From Patescibacteria group bacterium (GTDB lineage: Bacteria; Patescibacteriota; Minisyncoccia; Phycocordibacterales; Phycocordibacteraceae): DNA of 64,000 bases. The DNA is taken from positions 12,623-76,622 of the forward strand of contig JAIETW010000001.1 in assembly GCA_019744845.1 (NCBI GenBank), read 5' to 3'. The translations under genes were made by a program, and so were the position numbers. Below the pieces are notes generated by a model, which searched no databases, had not been told where the DNA came from, and saw only the letters and a list, made by a program, of their open reading frames with translations. Positions within the stretch are counted from its first letter, which is position 1. Each line of letters begins with the position of its first letter. Shown in pieces: positions 36,910 through 47,046 of this stretch.

Positions 36910-38244
36910 TTAGAGATAGGACATAGGGTTAAGGTAGGCCTCACGTGGTGCGACTGGCATCTTCGCGTTCGCACAGGCACTCGTGGCTCCTCTGAACTGT
37001 GCAAGCGTCATCACCTGGACTGCTTCAGACGCATACACACCGAAGTGCAAGTGTGGCCCGGTGGCGTATCCAGTCATACCAGAGTAGCCAATCACCTGAC
37101 CTGTTGAGACCGACTGCCCTGCAGATACAGTAATAGATGATAGATGAGCGTAGAGTGTAGAGAGACCGTTTGCGTGCTTGATCAACACCCACTTACCGAA
37201 TGAGTAACAACCAGGAACCGCGTCGGTGTTACCCGTGTCTGTAATAGTTCCTGACAGTGCTGCCTGGAGTGCAGTTCCCGTTGGTGCACTGAAGTCCACT
37301 GCGTTATGTCCTGCACCATTGTAGATTTGAGGATTCGCCGTTGAGAACGCAGTGTTACCAAAGTACTGCGTGATGCAGTAGGCGTTTCCAAGCACGCTCG
37401 ACTTACTTGAGCAGTTACTCATATAGGTGGACGAGAATGGCCATGCAAGCACGCCAGATCCTGCAGACGGAATACGAGAGGAGTCCACGCTGCCGGTAAG
37501 CTGCTGTTCTAGACGATCCAGCTCTGACTCAAAGAGCGCCTGCTCTGCGCGCTTCTTTGCGATCAGTTCCTGATATGCGGCCTCCTCACTCTGTGTTTGT
37601 GAAAGAAGAGATTGTTTGCTTTGACGATTCACATCAAGCGCTTGCTTCTGCGTATTCAAATCTACCGACAGTGAAGAGAGATCTTTCTTGGTAGCACCCA
37701 CCTCTTCATGCTGGACGTTCAAGACCTGCTTGGTCTGTGAAAGTGCCTGCGCATGTGCCCGGAGTGCATCATTCACACTCCGTGCAGCATCCACCGACTC
37801 CCATGCATCTGAAAGATCAGTGGAGGAAAGAAGATACTCAAACGTAGAAAGGTCATCCATCTGTGCGATGGTCCGGAGCGACTGTGCGACGGTAGCACGA
37901 TCAATTGCAATCAATGTTTCCTTATCCGCAATTTCATACGCCAATTCTTGAAGCTTCAGGTTTGCTGACTCAATCTTGTTTTCGGTGGAGCGGATCTGGG
38001 ATGCAGTCTGTGAGCGAGACACGTCCAATGTCTTAATCGCAGACTGGAGCGTCTGCTTCTCTCCGGAGAGCACATTCAACTGTTTCTGATACTCCGCAAT
38101 CTCTGCATCAATCGCGGCACGACGACGATTGATGTCTTCTATTTGATCTTTGAGTTCTGCAGCGGACTGCGCAGTGGCACCAATTGGCATTGATGCCAGA
38201 AGTGCTAAGAAAAGAAATCCGTACACCAAAGAACGTGCGTTCAT
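36910..38244 (-). CDS. M23 (LytM) metallopeptidase with N-terminal coiled coil (EnvC-like)
   Basis: Signal peptide, long coiled coil, C-terminal 'HNAVDF' and 'YATGPHLHFGVY' M23 zinc motifs. Confidence 0.8.
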   Translation of the reverse strand: MNARSLVYGFLFLALLASMPIGATAQSAAELKDQIEDINRRRAAIDAEIAEYQKQLNVLSGEKQTLQSAIKTLDVSRSQTASQIRSTENKIESANLKLQELAYEIADKETLIAIDRATVAQSLRTIAQMDDLSTFEYLLSSTDLSDAWESVDAARSVNDALRAHAQALSQTKQVLNVQHEEVGATKKDLSSLSVDLNTQKQALDVNRQSKQSLLSQTQSEEAAYQELIAKKRAEQALFESELDRLEQQLTGSVDSSRIPSAGSGVLAWPFSSTYMSNCSSKSSVLGNAYCITQYFGNTAFSTANPQIYNGAGHNAVDFSAPTGTALQAALSGTITDTGNTDAVPGCYSFGKWVLIKHANGLSTLYAHLSSITVSAGQSVSTGQVIGYSGMTGYATGPHLHFGVYASEAVQVMTLAQFRGATSACANAKMPVAPREAYLNPMSYL

Positions 38245-38247
38245 TAG

Positions 38248-39666
38248 TTACAGTATATCAATTGCGGCAGTGAGACGTAAGAGTGTCTCTTCTTTTCCGA
38301 GTACGGAAATAAGCGTAAATGGATCTGGGGAGCGTTCGGCACCAGACAGTGCATAGCGAGTTGGCCACAAGACGGCGGCCCTTCCTTTCTCGTCTGCATA
38401 CGGCATAAGAACGGCCTTTACGGCTTCAGGGTCAGCCCCTTCATGAAGCCCCTCTACAAGGCCTTTTACAGCCTCTAGGTGGCCTTTGGTGGTGCCAGTC
38501 TCCCCTTCGCCCTCCTTACCCGTAAGAAGGCCTATATCAAGCGTAGGAGCCTCAAAAAGGCAGCGGAGTTCCCCATGTAGCATCTCCCGGGCCTCCTTAA
38601 AGGTCTGGGCCCGCTCTTTCAAAATAGGCACTATCTTTGTAAGGCGTTCTGGGTGTGCAGCAGAGAGATTTCCCATCGTCACATAGTCGTCGGAAGACAG
38701 CGTTCGCATCCATTCGCGATTGATATGAAGGAGCTTCTCTTCATCAAAACGTGCGCCGCCTTTTTGTACACGCGCAAGATCAAAGGATGCGAGCAGATCT
38801 TCACGAGACAAAATCTCTGAACCGCTTTCTGGATGCCATCCAAGAAGCGCAAGGAAGTTCATCATCGCTTCGGGAAGGTATCCCTCTTCACGGTATTCAA
38901 GAATATCTTTTGCACCATCACGCTTCCCTAGTTTCTTGGTACCTGCTTCACCAAGGATGATTGGCATGGTCGCGAAGTGTGGGCGCGCTATACCAAGCGC
39001 GTCATACAAGGAAAGAAACTTCGGCGTGGAAGAAATAAACTCCTGGCCACGCACGATGTGGGTTACTTCCATTAAAAGATCGTCCACGATATGCGCAAAG
39101 TTGTAGGTCGGGTATCCATCTCCCTTAATGAGGATAAAGTCATCAAGCGCTTCTTCTCCTGCAGACAACGTTCCCCACGCAAGATCCTCCCACTCATAGC
39201 GCTTCACCTCGGGTACTTTGAATCTAAGTGGGCGCTTCCCGTCCCATTCTTCCATCGTCTCCGGACGATGTTCACGGAACAAGAACGGACGCTTCTCCGC
39301 TTCTGCTTGTTTGCGCCACTCCTCTACCTGCGCTTCAGTAAATGGATCAGGGTATGCGTACCCCTTTTCTATAAGTTTAAGTGCGTACTCTTTGTAGGTC
39401 GCAAGACGATCTGACTGAAGATACGGTGCATGTGGCCCTCCGATGTCTGGTCCCTCATCCCATTCAATGCCAAGCCATTTGAGAGACTCAATGATGTGTG
39501 CGATGGATCCCTCTACTTCACGTGCCTTGTCAGTGTCTTCAATACGGAGAATAAACTTCCCTCCGTTCTTACGCGCATAGAGCCATGCAAAGAGTGCGGT
39601 GCGTACGCCACCCACGTGCATGAAGCCAGTTGGACTTGGTGCAAATCGTGTAACGACCTTACTCAT
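38248..39666 (-). CDS. gltX: glutamyl-tRNA synthetase
   Basis: 'RFAPSPTGFMHVGGVRTALF' (HIGH) and KMSKS-like 'KKLGKRDG'. Confidence 0.9.
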   Translation of the reverse strand: MSKVVTRFAPSPTGFMHVGGVRTALFAWLYARKNGGKFILRIEDTDKAREVEGSIAHIIESLKWLGIEWDEGPDIGGPHAPYLQSDRLATYKEYALKLIEKGYAYPDPFTEAQVEEWRKQAEAEKRPFLFREHRPETMEEWDGKRPLRFKVPEVKRYEWEDLAWGTLSAGEEALDDFILIKGDGYPTYNFAHIVDDLLMEVTHIVRGQEFISSTPKFLSLYDALGIARPHFATMPIILGEAGTKKLGKRDGAKDILEYREEGYLPEAMMNFLALLGWHPESGSEILSREDLLASFDLARVQKGGARFDEEKLLHINREWMRTLSSDDYVTMGNLSAAHPERLTKIVPILKERAQTFKEAREMLHGELRCLFEAPTLDIGLLTGKEGEGETGTTKGHLEAVKGLVEGLHEGADPEAVKAVLMPYADEKGRAAVLWPTRYALSGAERSPDPFTLISVLGKEETLLRLTAAIDIL

Positions 39667-40805
39667 ACCTTTTCGTGTGTAAGTCCGATAGACAGGACTT
39701 CCTCTGCAATAATCTTTGCGGCATCTAGATTTGCAAATCCTGCGCTCTTCCCTTTCATCTGCATACGGAGCTCAGGGTTTTCAATGATGCGCTTCACTTC
39801 GCTCACGAGTACGTGTGGTGAAAGATTTACTTCCTCAATCACTGTTGCTGCACCCGTATGTGCGTAAGAGTACGCATTGGTGCGCTGGTCGTGACTAATC
39901 TCCTCAGGAATAGGAATGAGAATGGCTGGCGTGCCCCAAATCGCAATCTCCGTAATCGCCGTTGCTCCTGCGCGTGAGATCACCAGGTCCGCTGCACCCG
40001 CAGCACGACGCATAGACAGTGTAGAAAGGTACGGGAATGGATGATAGCGGCTTGCGTTTTGATTCCCTGCGAGTGCCACTGGTGCGGTCTTCTCCATACT
40101 CTTGAAGTGATCCTTTCCAGTCTGGTGAATCACGTTTCCGACGTTTACGAGCTCAGGAAGCGCAGCGAGCAAAGTCTCATTCATACGAAGAGAACCACTT
40201 GATCCTCCAATGACCAGAATAGTAGGTGCGGCAGGATCAAGATCTAGATACTGTGCTGCACCTTCGCGCTCTAGCTTCATCAAGTCCTTGCGCACCGGAA
40301 TGCCCGTGCGTGCCACTTTCTTCTGCATGTTCTTTGGGAAGTATGCGGCAGCGCTGTCAAAGGCAATGGCGATACGATGGGCAAAGCGTGCAGCAAAAAG
40401 ATTGGCACGTCCTGGCTTTGCGTCAGACTCATGAATGATGATTGGAATACCAAGAATCGCCGCAGCAGTTACCGTCGGGACACTTGCATACCCTCCTTTA
40501 GAGACAATCACATCAGGATATAAACGAAGCAGCATCAAGAATGCATAGATGGTACCGGTGATGGTAAGGAACCAGTCCGTGATGTTTTGTAGGGAGAAGT
40601 AACGACGCATCTTTCCTGCGGGACAGGCGACAAACACAATCTCGTTCTCAAACAACGCCTCCATGTCGTAGGCAGAGGGTGCCATGTAGTAGAGCTTTGG
40701 GGCAATAAGTCGGCGATCACGCACTTCATCGCGAATTGCTTCTGCAATCGCCACGATAGGATAGAAGTGACCCCCTGTTCCCCCTCCGGTAAAGACAACC
40801 TTCAT
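39663..40805 (-). CDS. murG: UDP-GlcNAc--MurNAc-pentapeptide-undecaprenol GlcNAc transferase MurG
   Basis: 'FTGGGTGGHFYPI' N-terminal glycine loop, GT28 fold, 380 aa. Confidence 0.9.
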   Translation of the reverse strand: MKVVFTGGGTGGHFYPIVAIAEAIRDEVRDRRLIAPKLYYMAPSAYDMEALFENEIVFVACPAGKMRRYFSLQNITDWFLTITGTIYAFLMLLRLYPDVIVSKGGYASVPTVTAAAILGIPIIIHESDAKPGRANLFAARFAHRIAIAFDSAAAYFPKNMQKKVARTGIPVRKDLMKLEREGAAQYLDLDPAAPTILVIGGSSGSLRMNETLLAALPELVNVGNVIHQTGKDHFKSMEKTAPVALAGNQNASRYHPFPYLSTLSMRRAAGAADLVISRAGATAITEIAIWGTPAILIPIPEEISHDQRTNAYSYAHTGAATVIEEVNLSPHVLVSEVKRIIENPELRMQMKGKSAGFANLDAAKIIAEEVLSIGLTHEKV

Positions 40806-40826
40806 AGATAGGAGCGATTATACCAC

Positions 40827-41945
40827 TCAGGCTTTTTTCTTGGCTCGGTGTGCGGCCACGTTCAAGATAATACCCACCGAGGCAAGAGCGGCCAGCAAGG
40901 CGCTGCCCCCGTGTGATACAAACGGGAGCGGAAGCCCAGTTAAAGGGAAAATGCCCAGCATCGCACCAATATTCAAGAACGCGGAGAACGTAATTAATAA
41001 GGTGAGTCCTGTTGCCGCATACGCGCCAAACGCATTCCCTGCCGTTGCCGCAATCGCAAGACCACGTGCGGCAAAGGCAACAAACAACAAGACAATGAAG
41101 GTGGTGCCGAGGAATCCAAACTCTTCTCCAAACACGGCAAACACGGAGTCGCCCACTGGTTCTGGAAGATAGTTAAACTTCTGCGCGCTTTGTCCGAACC
41201 CACGCCCGAGTGCGCCTCCGGAACCAATCGCAATCAGTGACTGTTGAATCTGGTATCCGCTTGCAAGTGGATCGCGGGAAGGATCCATGAAGGTCATCAC
41301 GCGCTCCATAAGGTATGGACGCATAGACACAAGGATCGCGAGGCCTACGACGGCAGCGAGTCCAATAATTGCAAAGTCTCGCCATGGTGCACCGGCTATG
41401 AAATAAAGCGCGACAGACGTAGCCCCGATGATAAGCACCGTAGAGGTGTTTGGTTGTAGGAGAAGGATAAGTGCGGGGATACCTACAATCACGCCAAATG
41501 GCACGAGCCCAGTCATAAAGTTCCCTAACTTCCCTTTTGCAGAGGCAAGGAAGGACGCAACCATAAGGATGGTGGCAATCTTAAGAAACTCAGATGGCTG
41601 CACGGTGGTAAATCCAAGATCAATCCAGCGTGTCGCCCCATTTACCGTCTGCCCTATTCCAGGAATAAAGACGGACGTAGTAAGAATAATGGCAATGATA
41701 TAGAACGGAGTAATTGCCTTCCGAATCCAATCTGGGCGGGAGAACCGAAGTGCAAAGAGCGCAATGACTCCTGGAAGAAGACCGAGGACGAGCTGTGTGA
41801 GCGCCAGACGCCACGGAGAACCATCAGGGCGCGCAAGAAGACCAAGCGCCGCGGATGAAAACATTGCGAGCCCTCCCACTACAAGCGCAAGGACGATGAG
41901 TGCGAACACCCGATCACCCGAGAAGCTTGATTTGGTAAAGAACAT
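40827..41945 (-). CDS. ftsW: SEDS peptidoglycan glycosyltransferase FtsW (RodA/FtsW family)
   Basis: 10-TM SEDS architecture. Sits between mraY and murG. Confidence 0.85.
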   Translation of the reverse strand: MFFTKSSFSGDRVFALIVLALVVGGLAMFSSAALGLLARPDGSPWRLALTQLVLGLLPGVIALFALRFSRPDWIRKAITPFYIIAIILTTSVFIPGIGQTVNGATRWIDLGFTTVQPSEFLKIATILMVASFLASAKGKLGNFMTGLVPFGVIVGIPALILLLQPNTSTVLIIGATSVALYFIAGAPWRDFAIIGLAAVVGLAILVSMRPYLMERVMTFMDPSRDPLASGYQIQQSLIAIGSGGALGRGFGQSAQKFNYLPEPVGDSVFAVFGEEFGFLGTTFIVLLFVAFAARGLAIAATAGNAFGAYAATGLTLLITFSAFLNIGAMLGIFPLTGLPLPFVSHGGSALLAALASVGIILNVAAHRAKKKA

Positions 41946-41948
41946 AGT

Positions 41949-43010
41949 TTAGAGAAGTGCGATCGCGAGACCAAACACACCTGCAATGATGGTGATGATC
42001 CAGTAACGCATGGTCACCTTGTAAGGTGGCCATCCCATAGTTTCAAAGTGATGATGAATAGGCGCAATGCGGAAGAGCTTCTTTTTAAACACTTTCTTAG
42101 AGATCACCTGTAGAACGCTTGCGAGTACCGTCACGGTAAGAGGAAGCGCAATAATCGGAAGCACCGCAACACCCACACCATCTCCTAGCACATCGGATGA
42201 GAACGCAGTCACTGTGAGAGCAAGCGTAAGTGCCATACTCCCGGTCTCTGACATATAGAAACGCGCGGGCGGCACGTTAAACCACAAGAACGCAAAGATA
42301 CCGCCCGCTACCGTTGAGGCAAACGCGGCAAGCGCTACTTGCTCTTGTGCAAAGGCAATGCCCGCATACGCAAGGAAGATAATGCCGAAGATTCCTCCTG
42401 CAAGTCCATCAATGCCGTCTATCACGCCACTCGCATAAATCGCGATGGTGACGAACCAGAAAAAGAGTATGAAAAGAGGACCAAGCTCAAAGGGGCCTAT
42501 AAACGGAATACCAATTGCAGAGACATCAAGTTTGTCGTAAAACCACCAACCCGCGACGATACCGAAAAGAGAAACGAACATGAGACGCCACTTAAGCGAC
42601 AGACCCCCCGTGCTCTGGGTGATTTCAAGGAAATCATCAAAGAGGCCAATACCCGCACCAATCAAAAGTGCAACGAGTGGAAGCCATGTTTGTCCACGAT
42701 CCACAAAATCAAACCCTGCAAATGGTTCACCAAAGAATGTCGCGACAAGCCAAAGCAATAGGACGGTGACGACCGTAGAGGCCCAAATGAGGATGCCGCC
42801 CATGCGCGGTGTAGATACTTCACGTTCACGATGCAAATCATCAAAGAGGGGTGTGCCTCGGCTGTCACCAAGCCCCTTTCCCTTTCCGCCCTTCTTCTTC
42901 CATGCTTTGTACTTAAAAAGATAGTGCGTAAGGATTGGTGCAATCGCAATACCGATCGCAAAGGCGATCACGAACGGAAGAAGGACGCGTGCAGCATCAA
43001 GAATCATCAT
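41949..43010 (-). CDS. mraY: phospho-N-acetylmuramoyl-pentapeptide transferase MraY
   Basis: MraY/WecA polytopic family, 353 aa. Confidence 0.9.
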   Translation of the reverse strand: MMILDAARVLLPFVIAFAIGIAIAPILTHYLFKYKAWKKKGGKGKGLGDSRGTPLFDDLHREREVSTPRMGGILIWASTVVTVLLLWLVATFFGEPFAGFDFVDRGQTWLPLVALLIGAGIGLFDDFLEITQSTGGLSLKWRLMFVSLFGIVAGWWFYDKLDVSAIGIPFIGPFELGPLFILFFWFVTIAIYASGVIDGIDGLAGGIFGIIFLAYAGIAFAQEQVALAAFASTVAGGIFAFLWFNVPPARFYMSETGSMALTLALTVTAFSSDVLGDGVGVAVLPIIALPLTVTVLASVLQVISKKVFKKKLFRIAPIHHHFETMGWPPYKVTMRYWIITIIAGVFGLAIALL

Positions 43011-43957
43011 AAAGAAGCAAAGCGGTTAAGCGTACGAGAAAGAAGTCGCTCTACGTCGGTAAAGCGCCCTTCGCGCGTAGAGCCAAGCACGACAATCGCA
43101 ATCGGATGATTAATACCTGCGTCATACACGACCGCAAGATTTCCACCGGCAAGATCCGTAAACCCAGTCTTTGAAAGAAGGGCACCTGGGAACGCGGGGA
43201 TTTCCTGGTTCGTATTTTTCTCGGTGAATGCCTTCCCTTCCCGGGACGTCACACTTATAGAGGATTCAGTGGTTGCCTTTGCAAGATCAGGGGCGGCAGC
43301 AAGAAGCGCACCAGAAAGAAGAGCGACGTCATGTGCAGAACCGTATCCTCCAGAGACACTGCCACTTTCATCAAGACCTGTACCGTTCACGGCATAGGTT
43401 TGTGAAAGACCTGCGGCCTGTGCAGCGCTCGCAAGAAGTGAAGAACCAGAGGACGCGTGTGCCTGACCTGCCGCTTCTGCAATGGCAGACGCACCATCAT
43501 TAGAAGAACTGACGAGTGTTAAACGAGCGAGATCTTCAAAGGTAAAGGTGTCACCGTACACAAATCCACTATCTCCTTCCTCTGCGAGTGCATTAAAGGT
43601 AATCGGCACCACTGCGGTACGTGCGAGCGCATCGGCGGCTGCGTATACGGTCAAAAGCTTCGTCAGTGACGCAAGCGGAAGCTGTGCGTCTGCGTTCTTC
43701 TGAAAGAGCACTTCCCCTTTCGCAAGATCGTATACGATCGCGGCCTGTGCAGTGAGTGCCACACCCTGGTAGTAATCAACAGGAGCGACTTCCTCTACTA
43801 CTTCGGGAATGGGTTCCATTCCGGCGAACTGAGTGAGTGCAATGCCTCCCGCAAGAAGTGCGGCCATGCCAAGACCTGCGACTATCGCAATAGTGCGACG
43901 ACGTCCGCGCTCCCGCAGATCTTTTTCAATTGCAGTTTTAAAGGGGCTAGTTTCCAT
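43007..43957 (-). CDS. D-alanyl-D-alanine carboxypeptidase (S11, PBP5/6-like)
   Basis: SxxK 'LASLTKLLT', SxN 'SSSND' and the KTG box 'KTGFT' after a TM anchor. Start taken at 'METSPF' (43957). The track ORF extends to 44134, overlapping scpB. Confidence 0.7.
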   Translation of the reverse strand: METSPFKTAIEKDLRERGRRRTIAIVAGLGMAALLAGGIALTQFAGMEPIPEVVEEVAPVDYYQGVALTAQAAIVYDLAKGEVLFQKNADAQLPLASLTKLLTVYAAADALARTAVVPITFNALAEEGDSGFVYGDTFTFEDLARLTLVSSSNDGASAIAEAAGQAHASSGSSLLASAAQAAGLSQTYAVNGTGLDESGSVSGGYGSAHDVALLSGALLAAAPDLAKATTESSISVTSREGKAFTEKNTNQEIPAFPGALLSKTGFTDLAGGNLAVVYDAGINHPIAIVVLGSTREGRFTDVERLLSRTLNRFASL

Positions 43958-44507
43958 CGTGTGATTCTTCCGCGGCCTGTGCACTCGCTTCCCGTGTGAG
44001 AGCAGCAGAAAACTCCTCATAGCGAGGAAGATCGGACAATCGCTCTGCAGAGAGATGTGCGAGTGCTTCGGACGTGACTTCGTACCGTGCACGACGACGA
44101 TCAGTCGGATCTTCAATACGACGAATAAGACCACGGAGAAGAAGTGAACGAAGGGCGGTAGAGGAGTTCACTCCACGAACCCAATCTATTTCTCCACGGG
44201 TGGCGCCATTCTTGTAAAGCACGAGGGCAAGAGTCTCAAGACCTGCCTTCCCTAGATCACGAGAAAGTTCACTCTCACGAAGTTTCTTAACGATATCTGC
44301 TGCCTCAGGGCTGGTACGTAGATCTAGTTCTTCTCCAGTCTCAATAAGCGCAAGACCTCGTTCGGTAAGGGTCTCGCGAAGACGATCTGCGGCAGCCTGG
44401 AGCTGATCGGAAGAAAGACCAAGCAAAGACGCAAGGCGCTTTTTAGACATCGCCTCACCAGAGGCGAAGAGGACGGCTTCAAGGAGGCTTTCTGGAGAAA
44501 GTGGCAT
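43947..44507 (-). CDS. scpB: segregation and condensation protein B
   Basis: 'LEAVLFASGEAMSKKRLASLLGL' winged-helix repeats. Start at the internal Met. Confidence 0.8.
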   Translation of the reverse strand: MPLSPESLLEAVLFASGEAMSKKRLASLLGLSSDQLQAAADRLRETLTERGLALIETGEELDLRTSPEAADIVKKLRESELSRDLGKAGLETLALVLYKNGATRGEIDWVRGVNSSTALRSLLLRGLIRRIEDPTDRRRARYEVTSEALAHLSAERLSDLPRYEEFSAALTREASAQAAEESHDGN

Positions 44508-44568
44508 GTCGCTCCAGAATACCGCAGAGGTCCTAGGTCGCAAAATCCGCGGTGTATAATAGCGCTTC

Positions 44569-45339
44569 ATGATGACCCCCCTTGATAGCGTCATACTCGG
44601 TGTCGTTGAAGGAATTACTGAGTTCCTTCCCATCTCCTCTACCGGCCACCTAATTCTCACCGCAGAACTGCTAGGGCTCGCACCAACGGAATTCCTTAAA
44701 AGCTACGAGATTGTGATCCAGCTCGGCGCGATCGCCGCGGTCGTCTTCCTGTATTGGAGGTCCTTCCTGGATCTAGAGGTGTTGAAGCGCATTACCGCCG
44801 CTTTTATTCCTACCGCAGTCATTGGATTCCTTCTCTACTCCTTCATTAAGGACTATCTGTTTGAAAGCATGGAGGTGATTCTTGCCTCTCTCTTCCTTGG
44901 AGGCGTCGCTCTTATCGCGCTTGAGCTCTTTCATAAGGAGAAAGACGATGCGCACAAGGATGTAAAAGACATTACATACCGTCAAGCGTTCTTTATTGGT
45001 CTTATACAGACACTCGCGGTTATCCCAGGAGTCTCCCGTTCAGGCGCTACCATTGTCGGAGGTCTTCTCCTCGGTGTCTCTCGTGTTGCTATTGTGGAAT
45101 TCTCCTTCCTTCTTGCGGTGCCTACGATTGCGGCTGCGACGGGGTATGACCTTCTCAGAAACTCTCACGTATTTACGGAGAATGATTTTCTACTTCTCGC
45201 AATCGGATTTGTGGTCTCCTTCCTTGTTGCCATTGTCGCAATTAAGTTCCTCCTAAACTTCATCCGTAATTACACCTTTATCCCGTTCGGTATCTACCGA
45301 ATCCTTCTTGCGCTCGTATTCTTCTTTGTGATCCTCTAA
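44569..45339 (+). CDS. uppP: undecaprenyl-diphosphatase UppP/BacA
   Basis: 'GITEFLPISSTGHL' and 'PGVSRSGATI' BacA motifs, 8 TM. Confidence 0.9.
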   Translation: MMTPLDSVILGVVEGITEFLPISSTGHLILTAELLGLAPTEFLKSYEIVIQLGAIAAVVFLYWRSFLDLEVLKRITAAFIPTAVIGFLLYSFIKDYLFESMEVILASLFLGGVALIALELFHKEKDDAHKDVKDITYRQAFFIGLIQTLAVIPGVSRSGATIVGGLLLGVSRVAIVEFSFLLAVPTIAAATGYDLLRNSHVFTENDFLLLAIGFVVSFLVAIVAIKFLLNFIRNYTFIPFGIYRILLALVFFFVIL

Positions 45340-46073
45340 CCGTACTTCGGGAGATCGGTGGTCGTATCTTTGATACGAATGTCAGAAAAATGTTCTCCCT
45401 GCTCTGCGTCTATACTTCCCTGCTTCACGAGCTCAAGAAGTGCCAAGAAGGAAACGATAATCTCCACCTTCTCTTTTGCATTTCCTGAGAATTCTTTAAA
45501 GGAAACTGAAAGTGCACCACGTACCCTATCAAGCAGTCGCTCCATCATCTCTTCAATGGTGATCATAGGGCGCACACGTGCTTCTTGGAGTTTCTCTACC
45601 TTCTCAAGTGCAGCCAGTGCGTCAGCAAGTGCCTGTTCAAGATTAGGAAGTGTGGCATCAGGACTTGGCGCAAAGATAGGTTCGGGAGCACGTTCTCCTG
45701 GCTCCACCATCACACGGCGCCCAAAGACACGTGAAAGCTCACGCGTCGCCTCGCGTACCTGCTCGTACATCTTCAAACGTCGCTTAAAATCCTCTACATC
45801 CTCCTCTTCTTCATTTGAAAGCTCAAGATCAGGGATGAGCGACTTAGACTTGATAAGAAGAAGCGTGGCAGCAACTTGAATAAAGTCCGCCGCATCTTCC
45901 ATTGGGAACTCTGCCTGACTACGCACGTGCGTAATAAAATCATCCGTTACCTGTGCAAGCGACAGGTCATTTACCAAAAGCTTTCGCTTCTCTATGAGTT
46001 CAAGGACAAGGGCGAACGGGCCTTCAAAGGCTGGAGTACGGACGGTAAAACCAGTGCGGGTTTCCTCCGTCAT
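45336..46073 (-). CDS. scpA: segregation and condensation protein A
   Basis: 'FEGPFALVLELIEKRKLLVNDLSLAQVTDDF' N-terminus of the ScpA kleisin. Confidence 0.85.
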   Translation of the reverse strand: MTEETRTGFTVRTPAFEGPFALVLELIEKRKLLVNDLSLAQVTDDFITHVRSQAEFPMEDAADFIQVAATLLLIKSKSLIPDLELSNEEEEDVEDFKRRLKMYEQVREATRELSRVFGRRVMVEPGERAPEPIFAPSPDATLPNLEQALADALAALEKVEKLQEARVRPMITIEEMMERLLDRVRGALSVSFKEFSGNAKEKVEIIVSFLALLELVKQGSIDAEQGEHFSDIRIKDTTTDLPKYG

Positions 46074-47035
46074 TATTTATTACGGCTCACACGGATGAGG
46101 CCTGAGCACGGGACGATTTCAACTCCCTTCGCTTCAAACTTGTCCAAGACGAGGTTCATGCCAATAGAGTCAGAGCTCATGTGCCCGGCAATGACGAGAT
46201 TGATGTGATTCTTCATCGCCTCAGTGCGATGCTCTTCTGACGCATGCATGGCGATGATGGTGCCCACTCCTGCCTGTGCGAGCTTCTCATAGATCATAGG
46301 GGAGCCTTCGGTGCCGCCGGTAATTTCAAGCGGCGCAATCTTTCCTGCACGATTCTTCTCTCCTCCGGCAAAGAGGGTTGGTCCTGCCTTAGACTTCATT
46401 GCGACCTGATACTCAGGAATCTCTTTAAGAACCGCAATGACATCTCCCACGGTCTCTGCACTCTTCTCGTTGAAAAGATCTTCAAGGAAACGGAAGACCA
46501 TGTTATCTGCAATCGTGTGCGTACACACATATGAAAGTCCAAGAAGCTTTGCGGCGTCTACTGACTGCGTATGGTTACGAGGACTAATCTTACGAGCCAC
46601 CTCGTTGATACGCTCGCGCATGATTCCTTCTGCAACGTTAATTGGCACTCCATAGCGCGCCATGTTCTCTGACTGCATCTCCATGACTTCGTGAAGCGCA
46701 GCGTATGCCTTTGCCTGTGGATGGTGTGCGACGAGTGCATCTATCCCTGCTCCCTGCTGGTTCATGAGTCCAGCTATGGCAACTTCTCCGACATCTATAT
46801 CAATGCCAGCCATGATCTTCTTCACTTCCTTATCAGGATCACCCGCGAAGATACCGGAGTCTATGTACGGATCCCACAAATCTTCTTCGTGGTACTCAGC
46901 CTTTTGTTTCTCTGAAAGCCCGTCGTATTCTTTCTTGCGACGTGCAAGAAGCTTCTCTACCCCATCACGTCCACGAGGATCGGCATCAATACCGAGCTCT
47001 ACTGCCTCTGTGTACATTTCTTTTAGGGTTGCCAT
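46073..47035 (-). CDS. NIF3/YbgI-like dinuclear-metal-centre protein (GTP cyclohydrolase I type 2 homolog family)
   Basis: 'GIDALVAHHP' resembles YbgI 'DAVIVHHG'. C-terminal 'AGHMSSDSIGM' resembles 'AGHHATERGG'. Confidence 0.55.
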   Translation of the reverse strand: MATLKEMYTEAVELGIDADPRGRDGVEKLLARRKKEYDGLSEKQKAEYHEEDLWDPYIDSGIFAGDPDKEVKKIMAGIDIDVGEVAIAGLMNQQGAGIDALVAHHPQAKAYAALHEVMEMQSENMARYGVPINVAEGIMRERINEVARKISPRNHTQSVDAAKLLGLSYVCTHTIADNMVFRFLEDLFNEKSAETVGDVIAVLKEIPEYQVAMKSKAGPTLFAGGEKNRAGKIAPLEITGGTEGSPMIYEKLAQAGVGTIIAMHASEEHRTEAMKNHINLVIAGHMSSDSIGMNLVLDKFEAKGVEIVPCSGLIRVSRNK

Positions 47036-47046
47036 AGGAAAATAAA